From Candidatus Hydrogenedentota bacterium (GTDB taxonomy: Bacteria; Hydrogenedentota; Hydrogenedentia; Hydrogenedentales; GCA-2746185): 11,083 bases of DNA. The stretch lies in the NCBI GenBank assembly GCA_046583315.1, contig JAYGCN010000063.1, positions 1-11,083 of the forward strand. Reading direction: 5' to 3'. The translations under genes and the position numbers were made by a program. The notes under the pieces were generated by a model that was not told where the DNA came from, did not search any database, and worked only from the letters and a program-made list of their open reading frames with translations. Below are positions 8,181 through 11,083 of the stretch, piece after piece (positions within the stretch are counted from its first letter, which is position 1; each line of letters begins with the position of its first letter).

Positions 8181-8274
8181 TAAGATGGCTCCCCTGCCCG
8201 GCGGTGAAATTAGTGTTTATCATACTCAAATCTGCTCATCGTTTCACGCCCCGTTCCTACAGGGTGAAGAAAAT

Positions 8275-8304
8275 ATGGCACTAAAACCCTTTTTTTGCTA
8301 TACT
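8275..8304 (+). promoter_or_regulatory. Putative extended -10 promoter for the 79-aa ORF
   Basis: TG-C-TATACT at 8296-8304 after a T-tract, with a weak -35 ATGGCA at 8275-8280 (18-nt spacer). Confidence 0.45.
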
Positions 8305-8362
8305 ACGCTTCCTTTCTTGTAAGACTGGTACATGGCGATTTAGAGATTACGGAGCAACACCG

Positions 8363-8602
8363 ATGACGAAGAAAGTCTGGCGGCACAAGCTAACAAAAAA
8401 AGAACAGAAATTGTGGGATCGCGAAGATATGAAGGGGTGGTGCAAAGCCCTTGAAGGCTGTATCGAAGACGATGCCCGCGACGGTAAATGTAAAAAGTAC
8501 ACCGTCTCAAACGCAGACGGCGAAATCGTTGCAAAAGGCGATGTTTCCGTACTACCCGATCCCAAGTCAGATGAGCCCGCGCGCGAACCGGCCTCCTTCT
8601 AG
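8363..8602 (+). CDS. Small hypothetical protein (79 aa)
   Basis: GGAG at 8351-8354 lies 8 nt before the ATG. The ORF fills an otherwise empty gap, has protein-like composition, and has a candidate promoter upstream and a hairpin downstream. No family recognised. Confidence 0.72.
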   Translation: MTKKVWRHKLTKKEQKLWDREDMKGWCKALEGCIEDDARDGKCKKYTVSNADGEIVAKGDVSVLPDPKSDEPAREPASF

Positions 8603-8625
8603 TTTCGCCCCAATTCAATTGATTC

Positions 8626-8676
8626 AATCCGCTGCTCCTGCAACTTGTTTGTATGGGTAGCGGATTTCCTCTGTCT
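8626..8676 (+). terminator. Long RNA hairpin, possible intrinsic terminator/attenuator after the 79-aa ORF
   Basis: AATCCGCTGCTC-C-TGCAA / CTTGT loop / TTGTA-T-GGGTAGCGGATT (8626-8666) gives 17 pairs including 3 G-U and one mismatch. It is followed by a pyrimidine-rich but imperfect U-tract. Confidence 0.5.
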
Positions 8677-8765
8677 ACCCCCTACCGTCATGACGGAAAT
8701 TGCATTTCCCACAAATTTTCGATATCGTCTAGCCTTTGACGAATGAGTACAACACGGAGCAGATC

Positions 8766-9047
8766 ATGAGCCAGGAACCCACAGAAGAGAGTCGCCAGTA
8801 CTGGGCGGCCAACAAACGCCTCATTATTCAGCTATTGTCCGTCTGGGCAATCGTATCCTACGGATGCGGAATACTCTTCGTGGAGCAACTGAATAAAATC
8901 CAGTTCTTCGGCCTGCCCTTTGGATTCTGGATGGCGCATCAGGGAGCCATATACGTCTTCATCGTGCTGATATTCGTCTACGCAAAACGTATGGACGCAC
9001 TCGATCGTAAATTTCACAAGGATAACGGATCGGGAGACGCCCAATGA
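8766..9047 (+). CDS. DUF4212-type putative solute:sodium symporter small subunit
   Basis: YWAANKRLI...LSVWAIVSYG...GLPFGFWMAHQGAIYVFIVLIFVYAKRMDALD, with two TM helices. ATG 8766 has GGAG at 8756-8759, which is better than TTG 8736. ATGA overlap with the next gene. Confidence 0.88.
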   Translation: MSQEPTEESRQYWAANKRLIIQLLSVWAIVSYGCGILFVEQLNKIQFFGLPFGFWMAHQGAIYVFIVLIFVYAKRMDALDRKFHKDNGSGDAQ

Positions 9048-10786
9048 CCACGGAAAATTGGACCTTCCTCTTCGTTTTATTCACCTTCACCATGTACCTC
9101 TACATCGGCTGGCGCGCACGCGTAAATGAATCCGCCGGTTTCTACGTAGCCGGCCAAGGTGTACCCGCAATCGCAAACGGCGCGGCCACTGCGGCCGACT
9201 GGATGTCTGCGGCGTCGTTCATTTCAATGGCCGGACTCATCTCGACCATGGGCTACGACGGGACCGTCTATCTCATGGGCTGGACCGGTGGCTACGTTTT
9301 ACTCGCTCTCCTGTTGGCCCCCTACCTACGTAAATTCGGCCAATACACGGTCCCCGATTTCGTCGGGACTCGTTACTATTCCGATGTCGCACGAATCGTC
9401 GCCGTCATCTGTGCCGTATTCGTATCGCTAACCTATGTCGCCGGCCAAATGCGCGGGGTGGGAATCGTATTCAGCCGCTTCCTGCAAGTAGACATCGGTG
9501 TCGGCGTACTCATCGGAATGGCCATCGTCGCGTTTTTCGCCGTACTCGGCGGCATGAAAGGCATCACCTGGACCCAGGTCGCCCAGTACTTCGTATTGAT
9601 CATTGCCTTCCTGTTACCCGCATCCGCCATCGCGTTCAAGTTGACAGGAAATCCGATCCCACAACTAGCATTCACCACAAGCGATATCGTCGAACGCCTG
9701 AACCAGATTCAAGTCGACCTTGGTTTCACCGAATACACAAAACCCTTCCAGGGCAAATCCATGACCGACGTCTTCTGCATCACCGTCGCGCTCATGGTCG
9801 GTACCGCAGGTCTGCCCCACGTCATTGTCCGCTTCTACACGGTACCCAATGTGCGCGCCGCACGCTACTCCGCCGTATGGGCAATCGTATTTATCGCACT
9901 GCTGTATACGACCGCTCCCGCACTGGCTTCATTTGCCCGCTACAATCTGATTACCTCGTTGCACGGTGCTGACATAAGCGTCACGGAGACTGAAAACGAC
10001 ACAGACGCGACAATCTATGACTTATCAAAGAACACCAGCAGCGGAGACTCCATGAATCTATCCTGGACTCAGGAGTGGCAAAAGACCGGGCTTTTGAGCT
10101 TTGAAGACAAAAACGGCGACGGCGTTCTTCAGATGTCGCAAGATGCCGAAATCAATGAAGTGATCATCGACAAGGATATCATCGTCCTGTCAACGCCCGA
10201 AGTAGCAGGACTCGCTCCCTGGGTAATCGCATTGGTGGCCGCCGGGGGTTTGGCGGCAGCGCTGTCCACCGCCGCAGGTCTCTTGCTCGTCATCTCGAGC
10301 TCACTGGCACACGACATCTACTATCGCCTTATCAACCCCAAAGCAACCGAAGCACAGCGCGTCCTCGTAGGTCGCATTATGGTGCTCGCCGCGGTCGTCG
10401 TCGCCGGTTACTTCGGCGTGAATCCCCCCGGCTTCGTCGGACAAGTCGTTGCATTCGCCTTCGGACTCGCCGCCTCCAGTTTCTTCCCGATAATTTTGCT
10501 CGGCATCTTCAGCAAACGGGCCAATCGCGAGGGTGCCATCGCAGGCATGCTCGTTGGAATCATCTTTACCTCCAGCTACATCATCGGCGTGAAATTCTTC
10601 GGCATGTCCCTGTGGTGTTTCGGGATTTCAGCCGAAGGCATCGGAGCCATCGGCATGATTCTCAACTTCGTCACCACGATTGGCGTAAGCGCTGTAACCC
10701 CGCCACCCCCCCAAGAGGTTCAGGACATCGTAGAGTCCCTACGGCTCCCCGATCACGCTGGCCCGGCTCAGGTACTTGACGAATGA
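9044..10786 (+). CDS. actP: Sodium:solute symporter, ActP-like cation/acetate(-monocarboxylate) symporter, VC_2705-like subfamily
   Basis: Motifs FYVAG, NGAATAADWMSAASF, GWTGGY, APYLRKFGQYTVPDF, GGMKGITWTQVAQY, GTAGLPHVIVRFYTVP and AAGGLAAALSTAAGLLL. Coupled to a DUF4212-type small gene. Substrate is inferred from family only. Confidence 0.88.
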   Translation: MTTENWTFLFVLFTFTMYLYIGWRARVNESAGFYVAGQGVPAIANGAATAADWMSAASFISMAGLISTMGYDGTVYLMGWTGGYVLLALLLAPYLRKFGQYTVPDFVGTRYYSDVARIVAVICAVFVSLTYVAGQMRGVGIVFSRFLQVDIGVGVLIGMAIVAFFAVLGGMKGITWTQVAQYFVLIIAFLLPASAIAFKLTGNPIPQLAFTTSDIVERLNQIQVDLGFTEYTKPFQGKSMTDVFCITVALMVGTAGLPHVIVRFYTVPNVRAARYSAVWAIVFIALLYTTAPALASFARYNLITSLHGADISVTETENDTDATIYDLSKNTSSGDSMNLSWTQEWQKTGLLSFEDKNGDGVLQMSQDAEINEVIIDKDIIVLSTPEVAGLAPWVIALVAAGGLAAALSTAAGLLLVISSSLAHDIYYRLINPKATEAQRVLVGRIMVLAAVVVAGYFGVNPPGFVGQVVAFAFGLAASSFFPIILLGIFSKRANREGAIAGMLVGIIFTSSYIIGVKFFGMSLWCFGISAEGIGAIGMILNFVTTIGVSAVTPPPPQEVQDIVESLRLPDHAGPAQVLDE

Positions 10787-10805
10787 CATCCATAGACAAA
10801 AATTT

Positions 10806-11081
10806 CTATTGCAGCATGAATTCGATGGCCTCGGCGAGGGAGTCGATGGCAGGTTGCAAATCGATGTGTTCGCGCGAGTTCAGGTAAAGCGACAATCGAC
10901 ATCCGGCGTTTTCACCCGCTTCGATATCGGTGACGTTGTCCCCAATCATCACCGACTGAGTGAGATCAATATCCAGCTCCGTCGCGGCATCCAATAACAT
11001 ACCCGGTTTCGGTTTACGACAAATGCAATCATCTTCAGGTGCATGCGGACAATAGGCAACGCGATCAAGTTTGACGCCTTG
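10806..11081 (-). CDS. gmhB: D-glycero-D-manno-heptose 1,7-bisphosphate phosphatase (HAD IIIA, GmhB/HisB-N family), 5'-truncated
   Basis: The frame is open from the window edge: QGVKLDRVAYCPHAPEDDCICRKPKPGMLL...SVMIGDNVTDIEAGENAG. It contains the Zn-binding CxH...CxC, RKP and GDxxxD motifs. Stop TAG at 10808-10806. Confidence 0.85.
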   Translation of the reverse strand, partial: QGVKLDRVAYCPHAPEDDCICRKPKPGMLLDAATELDIDLTQSVMIGDNVTDIEAGENAGCRLSLYLNSREHIDLQPAIDSLAEAIEFMLQ

Positions 11082-11083
11082 CT

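Noticed and set aside
8276..8298. Sigma54 promoter (TGGCAC...TTGC)
   Set aside because: TGGCAC and TTGC are 13 nt apart instead of the strict 5 nt.
8611..8628. Short ATTCAAT direct repeat
   Set aside because: Two copies of an AT-rich 7-mer are plausible by chance; not CRISPR-like.
8340..8660. Alternative ORFs 8340-8627(-), 8347-8565(-) and 8451-8660(+)
   Set aside because: They lack the RBS and promoter support of 8363-8602 and have biased, shadow-like composition.

Overview
Bacterial chromosomal (probably contig-end) window of mostly housekeeping genes. In order: 17 nt of Illumina adapter, the 3' part of carB, and a PPi-type phosphofructokinase. Next comes a minus-strand two-gene unit: an atypical class I Clp/Hsp100 ATPase (no M-domain, no IGF/IGL ClpP-docking loop) translationally coupled to a degenerate-FHA membrane protein. 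After it are a DHA1/TetA-like MFS transporter, an FAD-dependent glycerol-3-phosphate dehydrogenase, a 79-aa orphan ORF and a highly structured intergenic region. The window ends with a DUF4212-type small subunit plus ActP-like sodium:solute symporter pair and the 3' part of gmhB. I saw no RNA genes, CRISPR arrays or mobile elements. The best candidate for an undescribed system is the Clp ATPase + FHA-TM pair. Second is the switch-like RNA structure upstream of the symporter operon. All calls come from reading motifs by eye; no searches or folding programs were run.
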